A DNA stretch of 62,710 bases, filler included, from a bacterium (GTDB lineage: Bacteria > JAMORN01): the NCBI GenBank assembly GCA_027063545.1. It is 21 parts of 21 records of this genome, joined end to end, with 100 filler letters (N's around TTAATTAATTAA, not from the genome) between each part and the next. Parts side by side here need not be neighbours in the genome. Positions count along the whole stretch, not along the records: positions 21,416 to 23,107 come from JAMORN010000079.1; positions 23,208 to 24,878 come from JAMORN010000080.1; positions 24,979 to 35,162 come from JAMORN010000081.1; 18 more parts are not named here. One strand, 5' to 3'. The position numbers and the translations under genes are program-made. Positions 21,549-31,345 of this stretch are shown piece by piece. Below the pieces are notes generated by a model, which was given only the letters and a program-made list of their open reading frames with translations, had not been told where the DNA came from and did no database searches. Position 1 is the first letter of the stretch. Each line of letters begins with the position of its first letter.

Positions 21549-23099
21549 ATGTATGGAGATGATAGATTTTTAGTTTTATATAGGATTTTAAAAGAATATG
21601 ATTGGACAGGTGAATTACCTGAATATTCTAAATTATTAAAAAAGGATATAAATAAGTTAGAGGATATTCTGAGAGATTTTATAAAATATCAATTAGTTAA
21701 ACCTAAACAACTAGAACTATGGCAGAAAATATCCTCTGATAGCCAATATTCTTTAATTTACGATACTCTTAAATATTTAATTCAAAAAGCTTTAAATGTC
21801 GATATAAATGTAGCTCATGAATATGCTATAAAGCTTTTGACTTTTTCTAATAAAAAAGAAATCGAAAAATTAAATAGAGAAATAAAAAATTATATACTAA
21901 AAGATGAAACCCAAGAAATAATTACAGAATTAAAAGAAACGATTACATTTTTAATTTCATACTTTTATACTGAAAATGAAGAGATAAATAAACAACTGGA
22001 TGAGATAAAATTAAATTTAAGAAATTCTGTAGAAGCAAAAGAAATCAAAAATATAAGAGAAATGATTTTAAATATTATATTAAAAAATAATAATGTAATT
22101 TCTTCTCAGGAATGGGCAATATCTATTTATAAATTTTTATTTATAGTGTTAATAACCAATTTAAAACATCCGGATAATAAAGATTTTAATAAAAAAGTAG
22201 ATGAATTCAAAAGAAAAGTAGAGAATATAGATATATCAACTGATTTTTCTGAGATTCAAGAGGATATAAAGCAATTAATAGCGGAATATAAATCATTAAT
22301 TTCTAAAATTGACCAAAGTAAATATATAAAAGAAGTAAAAAATCTAATTATAGAATTACTTGAGATATTAAAAAATATTCTTATTATAGAAGTAGATGAG
22401 CAGGATATTATAGAGGAAAATATTGATAAAATAAGGGAATTAATAGAAGATTCGGAGAATATAGATGATATAAGAGAAAAAATTTTATCATTTATTTATA
22501 ATATAAAATCAAATATAAAGGACAGAAAGAATAATTTAAATAAAGTAAAAAATGAATTGACAGAACTAAAAAGAAAAGTAGTTGTATTAGAGGAGAAGTT
22601 AAAAAATACATTAAGCGAGATGTATTATGACCCATTAACCAAAGTTTATAATAGACGGGCTTTAGAGGAGAATTTGCCTCTTATAAATAAAGAAATACAA
22701 GATTTAAAAATAGATTATTGTATAGCTTTTATTGATTTAGATAATTTTAAACATATTAATGATAATTATGGCCACCAGATTGGAGATATTGTATTAAAAA
22801 AGATAGTTTCTATAATAAAAGCTATGATACCAAGTGGTGCAGATATTTATAGGTATGGGGGAGATGAATTTTTAGTTTTATTTAAAGATATAAAAAAGGA
22901 TAATGCTAAAATAATCTTGAGTTCTATTAAAGATAAGGTAAGTTCTTTAAAATTTAAATATAACGATAAATATTTAAATGTTACTTTATCAATTGGATTA
23001 ATGAAAGTTAAAGATGATATATATAAGGCTATTGATGAAGCTGATAAACTAATGTATGAAAGTAAAAAACATGGAAAAAATAGGTTGGTAGTAAAATGA
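21549..23099 (+). CDS. Diguanylate cyclase (coiled-coil N-terminus plus GGDEF domain)
   Basis: DPLTKVYNRR, IDLDNFKHINDNYGHQIGD, RYGGDEF, ADKLMYESKKHGKN. Confidence 0.93.
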   Translation: MYGDDRFLVLYRILKEYDWTGELPEYSKLLKKDINKLEDILRDFIKYQLVKPKQLELWQKISSDSQYSLIYDTLKYLIQKALNVDINVAHEYAIKLLTFSNKKEIEKLNREIKNYILKDETQEIITELKETITFLISYFYTENEEINKQLDEIKLNLRNSVEAKEIKNIREMILNIILKNNNVISSQEWAISIYKFLFIVLITNLKHPDNKDFNKKVDEFKRKVENIDISTDFSEIQEDIKQLIAEYKSLISKIDQSKYIKEVKNLIIELLEILKNILIIEVDEQDIIEENIDKIRELIEDSENIDDIREKILSFIYNIKSNIKDRKNNLNKVKNELTELKRKVVVLEEKLKNTLSEMYYDPLTKVYNRRALEENLPLINKEIQDLKIDYCIAFIDLDNFKHINDNYGHQIGDIVLKKIVSIIKAMIPSGADIYRYGGDEFLVLFKDIKKDNAKIILSSIKDKVSSLKFKYNDKYLNVTLSIGLMKVKDDIYKAIDEADKLMYESKKHGKNRLVVK

Positions 23100-23207
23100 T
23101 AGTATTANNNNNNNNNNNNNNNNNNNNNNNNNNNNNNNNNNNNNNNNNNNNTTAATTAATTAANNNNNNNNNNNNNNNNNNNNNNNNNNNNNNNNNNNNN
23201 NNNNNNN

Positions 23208-23665
23208 AAAGATAAATTATTTGCATAAATTCTTGTTACATCTGTTGGATCTTCATCTTCCATAATTCCAAGTTGTGTATCTGCAAGAGTAAAAACAATA
23301 GTTGCTTTATATGCAGGAATATTATTATTTAATAATGTATATTTTTCTGAAATCTCATCTCTTACATCTTGATTTGGAGAATAACCTTTCCAATTACCAC
23401 CATCAACGATCCAAACTGAATGAACTTCTTCTGGAAGAGTTGATATATTGATATTTCCGCTTACCACACTTCTCCCTCTTGATAAGTCAAGCATTGTACT
23501 ATTATCATTTGTACTATTATCATTTGTACTATTATCATTTGTACTATTGTCATTTCTATAATCTAACATAACTGCTAAATTATCATTAAGAATACTAGAA
23601 ACAGCACTCACAACAAATAGAGAACTAAATAGTAATGAAACTGTTGTCACTTTTGTAAATTTCAT
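23208..23665 (-). CDS. Secreted protein with tandem NDNST repeats (3'-truncated)
   Basis: Signal-peptide-like N-terminus, (NDNST)x4, then a globular region containing WKGYSP. Confidence 0.75.
23495..23554. repeat. 15-bp tandem repeat x4 encoding NDNST
   Basis: TGTACTATTATCATT x3 plus TGTACTATTGTCATT on the + strand. Confidence 0.95.
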
Positions 23666-23674
23666 ATTTACCCT

Positions 23675-23707
23675 TTTTATATTTTATATTTTATATTTTA
23701 TATTTTA
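23675..23707. repeat. 7-bp simple sequence repeat (TTTTATA) x4.7 directly upstream of the RBS
   Basis: Four exact units at 23675-23702 plus a partial unit. Confidence 0.85.
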
Positions 23708-23831
23708 GAGAATAATTCTCACCTAATATATAAACAATCTTTACATACAAAATAATTAACTCAAGAGATATAAAATAAAAAGATGAAAAAGATAGTCTAT
23801 AAATAATATAATATCTATATTATCTTTAATA

Positions 23832-24878
23832 TTACTTTAACTTTAAGATTTTTATATTAGAGCTATTCGCTATATTTGTAAACAGTTGCGTATCTTCTCT
23901 ATTTAAAAGCATAGATTGTATTAAAAAACTATCAAGGGTATTTAAATTCATATAAAAAACTCTATTGTTACTTAGTATAATTAAAACTTTACTTTTATCA
24001 TAATATTTTTTAGAATTTAGAATTTTCCCATTTTTTAGATTAATTACCCCATAAAGTTTGGCAATATTATTATATGAGTCAATAATAAGACCTTTTTTAA
24101 TATCTATTTTAAAGTTATTTGTTATTATATAATCTTGATTTTTATCTTTTAAATGTGATTTATTAAATATCCGTTGTTGTTTTATATCTCCTGTTAAAAT
24201 ATCTCTATCTGAAAATTGAGATAGCGTAAGTAGTATATTAATCATATTTTTATGAAGCATTATATAGGTATCTTTATTTTTAATACTATTTGCTTTTTGA
24301 CTAATACTCTCTTGTGATTTTAAAACAGATAAATCTTTTGTATTAGTAGATATTATTTTAGCTAGTTTATAGCTTTCTTGTGATGGAGATAAAAGCATTT
24401 TAGAAACAAAAATAGTTCCACCTTTTGTATTAGCTCCATTATCAATATATGTATTTTTTTGCCCCGTATAATACCATAAAGGCCATCCATAATCCCACCA
24501 AGTAATTAAAGAATCCTCTTTTTTTAACTTTAATTTATTTAAAATTTTTATCTCTTTATTTAAGAAATATTTAGGCTTTATATATGAATTAATTCTAAGA
24601 ATATTAAAAAACATTAAAAATATAGCACTAGCCACACCTATATATATATAATTCTCTTTGAAATAATATAATATATAGACAAATCCAAAAGCAAATACAA
24701 AAGATGAGTACATTGTAAATCTAATGCCTATCTTAAATGATAAATATCCTAAAATTAAAAGTGGTAAAAAGAAGATAAACTCACGATGTTTATAGACTAA
24801 TAGAAAATATCCAATTGTAGCAATTAATACATAATATTTAATCCCTATAAAATTATCATATATAGAAAATATCCCCCG
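23832..24878 (-). CDS. pglB: STT3/PglB-family oligosaccharyltransferase, C-terminal part (5'-truncated)
   Basis: WWDYG motif, LPLLILGYLSFKIGIRFTMY (PglB G-x-R-F-T segment), YIDNG; frame open to the contig edge. Confidence 0.9.
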   Translation of the reverse strand, partial: RGIFSIYDNFIGIKYYVLIATIGYFLLVYKHREFIFFLPLLILGYLSFKIGIRFTMYSSFVFAFGFVYILYYFKENYIYIGVASAIFLMFFNILRINSYIKPKYFLNKEIKILNKLKLKKEDSLITWWDYGWPLWYYTGQKNTYIDNGANTKGGTIFVSKMLLSPSQESYKLAKIISTNTKDLSVLKSQESISQKANSIKNKDTYIMLHKNMINILLTLSQFSDRDILTGDIKQQRIFNKSHLKDKNQDYIITNNFKIDIKKGLIIDSYNNIAKLYGVINLKNGKILNSKKYYDKSKVLIILSNNRVFYMNLNTLDSFLIQSMLLNREDTQLFTNIANSSNIKILKLK

Positions 24879-25004
24879 NNNNNNNNNNNNNNNNNNNNNN
24901 NNNNNNNNNNNNNNNNNNNNNNTTAATTAATTAANNNNNNNNNNNNNNNNNNNNNNNNNNNNNNNNNNNNNNNNNNNNTTATTGAAGAAAAGATAGCTAC
25001 TACT

Positions 25005-26408
25005 CTATTTCTCAAATATATCTTTATCGACTGATAAATCAACTTTTTCATAATACTCTCCTGAAAAGCAAGCAAAACAATAACTCTGCTTCTTTTCTTC
25101 TGCTACAACCTCTTTTAATCCCTCTAAAGAAAGATATTTTAAACTATCTACTTCCAAAAATTTTTCTATCTCATCTATCTTCATATTATGTGCTATTAAT
25201 TCTTCTTTTGAAGGGAAATCCATACCAAAATAACATGGATATTTTATAGGCGGTGAACCTATTCTTAAATGAACCTCTTTAGCACCTGCCTTTCTTAAAA
25301 TCTTTGCTAATTTTTTTATAGTTGTTCCTCTCACTATAGAATCATCTATTAAAACCACTCTTTTACCCTCTATTACATGCTTTATGGGATTAAATTTTAA
25401 CAATACCTTAAAGTCTCTTAAACTTTGATGTGGTTGTATGAAAGTTCTACCAACATAATGATTTCTTAATAAGCCCATTTCAAAAGGAATGCCACTTCTT
25501 TGAGAAAAACCTAATGCTATAGTATTTGCACTATCTGGTACTGGAATAACAATATCTGCATCAATAGGATCCTCTTCATATAGCTTTGCCCCTAATTTAC
25601 GTCTGATTAAATCGCAATATTCTCCAAAAATTATTGAATCTGGTCTTGAAAAATATATTAATTCAAATACACAATAAGCCTTTCTTGTGTTTTCTTCACT
25701 ATATTTAATACTTTTAACACCTGAAGAATCTATAACAACCATCTCTCCCGGTTCAATATCCCTTATATATTCAGCACCTACTATATCAAAAGCACATGTC
25801 TCACTTGCTACTATATATGAAGATTTTAATTTTCCTAAAGCTAAAGGTCTATACCCCCTAGGATCTCTAACAGCTATTAATTTATCCTCTGTCATAAATA
25901 TTATAGAAAACGCTCCCTGAAGTTTTTTTACAGCATCTATTATCATCTCTTCTATTGTAGACTTTTTACTCTTAGCAATTAAATGAAGAACAACCTCACT
26001 ATCTGAGGTTGACTGAAATATATGACCTTCTTCCTCCATTTCTATTCTTATCTTATGCGCATTAGGAATATTTCCATTATGAACAACTGCTAATTGACCT
26101 TTTTTATAATTAATAACAATTGGTTGAATATTAGAAAAATTTGTTGTACTACCTGTTGTTGAATATCTATTGTGGCCTATTGCAATATGCCCCTTTAATT
26201 CAGAGATTATCTGTTCATTAAAAACATCTTTAACTAAACCATGATTTTTATAATAATAGATCTTTTTACCATTAGAGCTCGCTATTCCTGCACTTTCTTG
26301 ACCTCTATGTTGAAGAGCATAAAGCCCTAAAAAGACTAACTTTGAAGCTATATTGGAGCCGTAAACACCTACAACCCCACAATACTCTTTTATAATATCA
26401 CTACTCAT
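25005..26408 (-). CDS. purF: Amidophosphoribosyltransferase
   Basis: Propeptide then CGVVG, QHRGQESAG, GHNRYSTTG, FSRPDS, VLIDDSIVRGTT, Fe-S cysteines (CFAC). Confidence 0.98.
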   Translation of the reverse strand: MSSDIIKEYCGVVGVYGSNIASKLVFLGLYALQHRGQESAGIASSNGKKIYYYKNHGLVKDVFNEQIISELKGHIAIGHNRYSTTGSTTNFSNIQPIVINYKKGQLAVVHNGNIPNAHKIRIEMEEEGHIFQSTSDSEVVLHLIAKSKKSTIEEMIIDAVKKLQGAFSIIFMTEDKLIAVRDPRGYRPLALGKLKSSYIVASETCAFDIVGAEYIRDIEPGEMVVIDSSGVKSIKYSEENTRKAYCVFELIYFSRPDSIIFGEYCDLIRRKLGAKLYEEDPIDADIVIPVPDSANTIALGFSQRSGIPFEMGLLRNHYVGRTFIQPHQSLRDFKVLLKFNPIKHVIEGKRVVLIDDSIVRGTTIKKLAKILRKAGAKEVHLRIGSPPIKYPCYFGMDFPSKEELIAHNMKIDEIEKFLEVDSLKYLSLEGLKEVVAEEKKQSYCFACFSGEYYEKVDLSVDKDIFEK

Positions 26409-26926
26409 ATATCAGCTACTCCCTTTTTATGTTCCTCTTTTAATTTAATATATTCTAAAGCATTTTCTTTTATTGTTTCTATTTCTTTAGATGTTAATTC
26501 TCTAATAACTCTTGCTGGTACTCCCATTATTAACACTCCAGATGGATATTTCTTATTTGGGGGTAGTACACTTCCTGCTGCAACCAAGCTATTACTTCCT
26601 ATTTCAACATTGTCAAGAATTATTGCCCCATTTCCAATTAAACAATTATCTCCTATTCTGGCATTATGAACTATTACATTATGACCTATTGTCGTATAAC
26701 TTCCTATTCTAACCTCTCCTCCTGTTAATATATGAATAACACTATTATCTTGAACATTTGTCCCTTTTTCTATAAAAATATTTCCAACATCTCCTCTTAA
26801 AACAGCCCCATACCAAATACTAACATCTTCTTCCAAAAAAACATTACCTATAATTGTAGCAGTTTTGGCAATAAAAACACCTTCTTTTGTTTTTGGTATC
26901 TTATTCCCTAATTTTAAAACTACCAT
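26405..26926 (-). CDS. Gamma carbonic anhydrase family (YrdA-like) hexapeptide-repeat protein
   Basis: IWYGAVLRGD, NVQDNSVIH, TIGHNVIVH, GVPARVIR. Confidence 0.92.
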   Translation of the reverse strand: MVVLKLGNKIPKTKEGVFIAKTATIIGNVFLEEDVSIWYGAVLRGDVGNIFIEKGTNVQDNSVIHILTGGEVRIGSYTTIGHNVIVHNARIGDNCLIGNGAIILDNVEIGSNSLVAAGSVLPPNKKYPSGVLIMGVPARVIRELTSKEIETIKENALEYIKLKEEHKKGVADI

Positions 26927-27444
26927 ATAGAATCTCCCTTAGAATCAATAGCTACTATTACTGGGAAATCTTCCACATAAAGTAATCTTATAGCCTCTGG
27001 ACCTAAGTCTTCATACATTATTACTTTACTTTCCTTTATTTTCTTAGATAAAAAAGCCCCTGCTCCCCCTATTGTTATCAAATATAATCCATTATTTTTC
27101 TTTATAGCTTCTACTACTTCTATAGATCTTTTCCCTTTTCCAATAGTGGCTCTAACTCCCATATCATATAAAAAAGGAGCAAATCTATCCATTCTTGAAC
27201 TAGTTGTAGGACCTGCTGAACCTATAACCTGATTTTCCTTTGAGGGAGTAGGCCCCATATAGTAAATAAAACTATTTTTAATCTCAAAATTGATATTTCT
27301 ATTATTTTTAATATCCTCTACAAGCCTTTTATGTGCTTGATCTCTAGCTGATATCAAATAACCTGTCAATAAAACATAAACACCGGCAGAAAGGTCTAAA
27401 AATTTATCAAAATCTCTTTCAATATTTAATTTTATTACTTCCAT
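26920..27444 (-). CDS. Fe-S hydro-lyase (fumarate hydratase/tartrate dehydratase) beta subunit
   Basis: ARDQAHKR, GPTTSSRMD, IGKG, DLGPEAI. Confidence 0.92.
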   Translation of the reverse strand: MEVIKLNIERDFDKFLDLSAGVYVLLTGYLISARDQAHKRLVEDIKNNRNINFEIKNSFIYYMGPTPSKENQVIGSAGPTTSSRMDRFAPFLYDMGVRATIGKGKRSIEVVEAIKKNNGLYLITIGGAGAFLSKKIKESKVIMYEDLGPEAIRLLYVEDFPVIVAIDSKGDSIW

Positions 27445-27468
27445 AGTATAAAAATCTCTTTTGTTTAG

Positions 27469-28311
27469 TTAAAAATTAATAATTGTATGCCTTACACTAT
27501 GGCAATTAAAATTAACAGCCACAGATAAACTGGCTATATGGGAAGCATATGTTTCTATAAATACATCAATTACTGTTGGATATCCTCCAACTCCCATAGG
27601 ACCTATATCCAACTCATTTAATTTTTCTATTAATTCTATTTCTTTATCTCTATAAAACTCAATTTTATTTCTTTCTCCTATATTTCTAAATAAAGCTTCT
27701 TTAGCCATCAACATTGCTTTTTCTGCTGTTCCTCCTATACCAATACCAACAATAACTGGAGGACAAGAATTTATAGCTTTATTTTTCACAACATCTATTA
27801 TAAAATCTTCTATATCTTCCCAAGATGAAGTAGGTGTAAACATTTTAAAAACAGCTGTATTCTCACTTCCTGCACCTTTTAACATAATCTTTATAGTCAG
27901 CCCTTTGCTCTCACTATTGAATTTATAATAGAAAATAGCAGGGGTATTATCTCTTGTATTAACTCTATTAATAGGGTCTTTAACAACAGATTTTCTTAAA
28001 TGACATTCTATATAAGCTTCTTTTACTGATTGATTTAATACATCTTCTATATTAAAATCTATATATACATCCTTCCCTATTTCTATAAAAAATAAAACAA
28101 TCCCTGTATCCTGACATAAGGGGATTCTTTCACTTTCAGCTATTTTATAATTCTCTATTAATATCTCTATAACCTTTTTTGATAATCCAGAAGTTCTACC
28201 TAGAATGTTATTGAAATAATCTTTTATATCTTGTGGTAACTCTGTTGCTATTCTACAAATTTCTTCTTTAATTTTTTCTTTCAAAAAATATTTATCTATA
28301 TACTTACTCAT
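27469..28311 (-). CDS. Fe-S hydro-lyase (fumarate hydratase/tartrate dehydratase) alpha subunit
   Basis: PLCQDTG, KGAGSEN, CPP, GIGIGGT, NCHSVR. Confidence 0.92.
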   Translation of the reverse strand: MSKYIDKYFLKEKIKEEICRIATELPQDIKDYFNNILGRTSGLSKKVIEILIENYKIAESERIPLCQDTGIVLFFIEIGKDVYIDFNIEDVLNQSVKEAYIECHLRKSVVKDPINRVNTRDNTPAIFYYKFNSESKGLTIKIMLKGAGSENTAVFKMFTPTSSWEDIEDFIIDVVKNKAINSCPPVIVGIGIGGTAEKAMLMAKEALFRNIGERNKIEFYRDKEIELIEKLNELDIGPMGVGGYPTVIDVFIETYASHIASLSVAVNFNCHSVRHTIINF

Positions 28312-28422
28312 AATGAAAAAATAAAAAAACATAACTTATATTTCCAATAATTTATTTTTTGGGGTATTGTATTTTAAAATTTATTTTTATTCTACAAAAA
28401 CAATAAAAACAAGGAGGAACGC

Positions 28423-28902
28423 ATGAAAAAATATACCTTACTTTTCATAATACTACCTATTTTAATGTTTAGTACTATAAGTATTAAAGCTCAAAATTTA
28501 GGTTTTGGATTTAAAGTAATTCCTCAACTATGGGGAGATCCAGAAGGACAAATGATTAGAACTAAATTTATTGTAAATCCCGATAATGATTTAGCTGTAG
28601 AATTAAGATTGGGTTTTAATGGAGATACCACATCAACTAATTTAGCTATGGGATTTTATTTATCAAAAGGTATTATCTTAAAAGAAGATTTTTCTCTTAA
28701 TGGATTAGGCGGCATTGTTTATAAAAATTTCTGGGGTAATCAATTTATTTTAGAAGCAGGTGCTGAATTTGAATATTTTTTTGCGGATTATTTTAGTGTA
28801 TCTGCAGAAGCACTATTATATTTTAATGTATCAAATACTATGTATGGTATAGGGGCTCACTCATTTGGGACTAGTGTAACGTATTATATTATTCAGGAGT
28901 AA
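28423..28902 (+). CDS. Small outer-membrane beta-barrel protein (hypothetical)
   Basis: Signal peptide, amphipathic strands (GAEFEYFF..FSVSAE), GGAGG RBS. Confidence 0.65.
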   Translation: MKKYTLLFIILPILMFSTISIKAQNLGFGFKVIPQLWGDPEGQMIRTKFIVNPDNDLAVELRLGFNGDTTSTNLAMGFYLSKGIILKEDFSLNGLGGIVYKNFWGNQFILEAGAEFEYFFADYFSVSAEALLYFNVSNTMYGIGAHSFGTSVTYYIIQE

Positions 28903-28927
28903 AATCTAGTGTTATAAATTATTTATT

Positions 28928-28957
28928 AAATTCCCCTACTTTGAAGTAGGGGAATTT
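28928..28957. terminator. Bidirectional terminator between convergent genes
   Basis: AAATTCCCCTACT-TTGA-AGTAGGGGAATTT, perfect 13-bp inverted repeat. Confidence 0.8.
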
Positions 28958-29496
28958 TTGTCTTTATTTTTGTATAGATCAAAATATTTCATAAATAATT
29001 GAAAACCTTCTTCGGAAAAGATCTCTTTTATAGGTTCTTTAAGAAAATCAACTAAATATATATCACTATTTAAAGCTAATCTACACTCTCTATAAAAAAC
29101 AAACTTTAAATATTTATTTCTATATGCCTCAATTATTCTTAAAGGAAATAATCTACATGATAAAGGCTTAGGAAAATCTATAACTCCTTCTTCATAGGCT
29201 CTTTGAAAAGCACATCTATATAAACCATTACTATCTCTTATTAAAAAGATACATTCTCCATATTTATCAACAAATGTATAACATTTATCCCCAGAACATG
29301 TTATACCTTTATTAAACTCTACAATCCTTTTCTTTTCTTCTGGTAAAAATTCCAATATTTTATAATAAATGTTGTCCCATAGAATAACTTCCTTTCTAAA
29401 AAGAGGAGCTCCTATACCATCTTCTCCACGACAGCAAAAACTATTACATCTATTATAATAACATGAAAATTTTATAGAAAAAATAGAAGTATCCAC
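28936..29496 (-). CDS. DUF3109-type Cys-cluster protein (YkgJ-like); start uncertain
   Basis: FSC...CNSFCC, GAPL, ECIFL, CAFQRAY, KPLSCRLFPLR, FLKEPI. Confidence 0.75.
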   Translation of the reverse strand: MDTSIFSIKFSCYYNRCNSFCCRGEDGIGAPLFRKEVILWDNIYYKILEFLPEEKKRIVEFNKGITCSGDKCYTFVDKYGECIFLIRDSNGLYRCAFQRAYEEGVIDFPKPLSCRLFPLRIIEAYRNKYLKFVFYRECRLALNSDIYLVDFLKEPIKEIFSEEGFQLFMKYFDLYKNKDKNSPTSK

Positions 29497-29513
29497 TAAA
29501 ATATCATCTATCT

Positions 29514-30410
29514 TTATAAATCCTTTGTAAATAAGTCCTCCACAAATTTTTCAGGATTAAATTCCTCTATATCTTCTATTTTCTCTCCTGTTGTTATGTA
29601 ATAAACAGGAACATTTAAAAATTCTTTTATAGAAAAAATAATTCCACCTCTAGCTGTACCATCTAGTTTTGTTAAAATAATAGAAGTAACTCCTACTATA
29701 TTACTAAAAACTTTTGCCTGTTCAATACCGTTTTTACCTGTTGTAGCATCTAATATTAATATAGTTTCATGAGGTAAATCTGAAGAATGTTTTTTTAATA
29801 CTCTCACAATCTTTTCCAATTCAGCCATTAAATACTTTTTATTATGAAGTCTTCCTGCTGTATCTATAATAACCACATCAAAATTTTTAGATTTTGCTTT
29901 TTCATAAGCACTATAAGCTATAGCTGCTGGATCACTTCCTGGCATACCCTTCATCAATTCCACGTCTATCATTTCTGCCCATTTTTCAAGTTGTTCAATC
30001 GCTCCAGCTCTAAATGTATCAGCTGCAGCTATTAAAACTTTTTTCCCCTTATTTTTTAAAAGATTTGCCAATTTAGCTATTGTTGTAGTTTTACCGACAC
30101 CATTAACCCCAACTATTAAAATCACAAAAGGAGATTGGGTATTATCTATCTTTTCTATGAGAGGTGTTGTTTCATTATATAAAAGTTCTTGCAAATGCTT
30201 TTTTAATATATTCAAAAGTTCTTCTTTATCAACTTTTTTATCTATCTTTTCTTTTAATTCCTCTATTATTTTATCCACCGTCTTTACAGAAATATCACTT
30301 TCTATTAAAAGTTCTTCTATTTCCCATAAATCCTCCTCTTCTATCTTTTCTTTTTTAAAAATACTTCTAATCTTAGAAAAACTATTTTTTATACCTTTAA
30401 ATATAGCCAT
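29514..30410 (-). CDS. ftsY: Signal recognition particle receptor
   Basis: GVNGVGKTTTIAKLA, DTFRAGA, DTAGRLH, TKLDGTARGG. Confidence 0.97.
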   Translation of the reverse strand: MAIFKGIKNSFSKIRSIFKKEKIEEEDLWEIEELLIESDISVKTVDKIIEELKEKIDKKVDKEELLNILKKHLQELLYNETTPLIEKIDNTQSPFVILIVGVNGVGKTTTIAKLANLLKNKGKKVLIAAADTFRAGAIEQLEKWAEMIDVELMKGMPGSDPAAIAYSAYEKAKSKNFDVVIIDTAGRLHNKKYLMAELEKIVRVLKKHSSDLPHETILILDATTGKNGIEQAKVFSNIVGVTSIILTKLDGTARGGIIFSIKEFLNVPVYYITTGEKIEDIEEFNPEKFVEDLFTKDL

Positions 30411-30422
30411 TTCATCTCCTTG

Positions 30423-31325
30423 TTAAACGCTATTTAATAGATTATTAAAATCTAAAATCTTTTCTTTTATATCGGATTCTTTATCTATTAAAAATTTTAT
30501 ATTAAAATTATATTCTTTGCTTATTCTTTCTATTATATTCTCTTTGCTTTCGTCAAAAACTTCTCCTTTAAACATATTAAAACCTAATTTATGAGAATAA
30601 AAATCTGCTATACTCACAATAAAAATGATTATTTTTTCTTTAGATATACAATCCTTTATCTCCTCAACAATTTTTTCTAGCTCTTTATATCCTTGATCCA
30701 TACTCAATGCCTTACTAATAGTAGATGGCAACTTCCATGTTTTAGCTATTGCTTCCCCCACCATTGCTCCTGTTATTCCAAAAATTTCTAACTCCAGTTC
30801 CCTACATTCTATATAATTTTTACACTCGCCTAACCTTTCAACATACTCTTTATATTTATCCTTATATTTTCCATATAAAAATACCTTTCCTATATCATGA
30901 AGTAATGAACCTATATATCCCTCATCAGGTTCCAATTCCTTAAAAATTTCTGCATTTGTATTATATTGTAAAATCTCACGGCAAATAACTGCAGAAGCCA
31001 AAGAATGAAGCCAAAAATTATTCTTATCATCTGTATAAGGTAAATCTATATCCATAAATTTTTTTAAACCTATAGATATTAACATAGCAAATATTGCATT
31101 AAACCCTAGAAATAAAACAGCTTTTCTTACTGTTGTAATCTCTTCAGGTGGTGAATAAAAAGCTGAATTAGCTAGTTTTAATAATCTTATAGTAAAGCCT
31201 GGATCCTTTTCAATTAATGAAATTATTTTATCCGTATCAGGCTCTTCTTTTGATAATTCATTAAAAAGTAATGTTATAATCTCAGGAAGAACCGGAAGAT
31301 CTGAAATATTAAATTGGGTATCCAC
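30423..31325 (-). CDS. HDOD-domain protein
   Basis: LPVLPE, DPGFTIRLLKLANSAFY, FWLHS, LLHDIGK, WKLP. Confidence 0.92.
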   Translation of the reverse strand: MDTQFNISDLPVLPEIITLLFNELSKEEPDTDKIISLIEKDPGFTIRLLKLANSAFYSPPEEITTVRKAVLFLGFNAIFAMLISIGLKKFMDIDLPYTDDKNNFWLHSLASAVICREILQYNTNAEIFKELEPDEGYIGSLLHDIGKVFLYGKYKDKYKEYVERLGECKNYIECRELELEIFGITGAMVGEAIAKTWKLPSTISKALSMDQGYKELEKIVEEIKDCISKEKIIIFIVSIADFYSHKLGFNMFKGEVFDESKENIIERISKEYNFNIKFLIDKESDIKEKILDFNNLLNSV

Positions 31326-31345
31326 AAATGCTCCTTGTTTTTTTA

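Noticed and set aside
23495-23554. Tandem repeat as a mini CRISPR array
   Set aside because: 15-bp head-to-tail units with no spacers, in frame within a CDS. No repeat-spacer array or cas gene was seen anywhere in the window.
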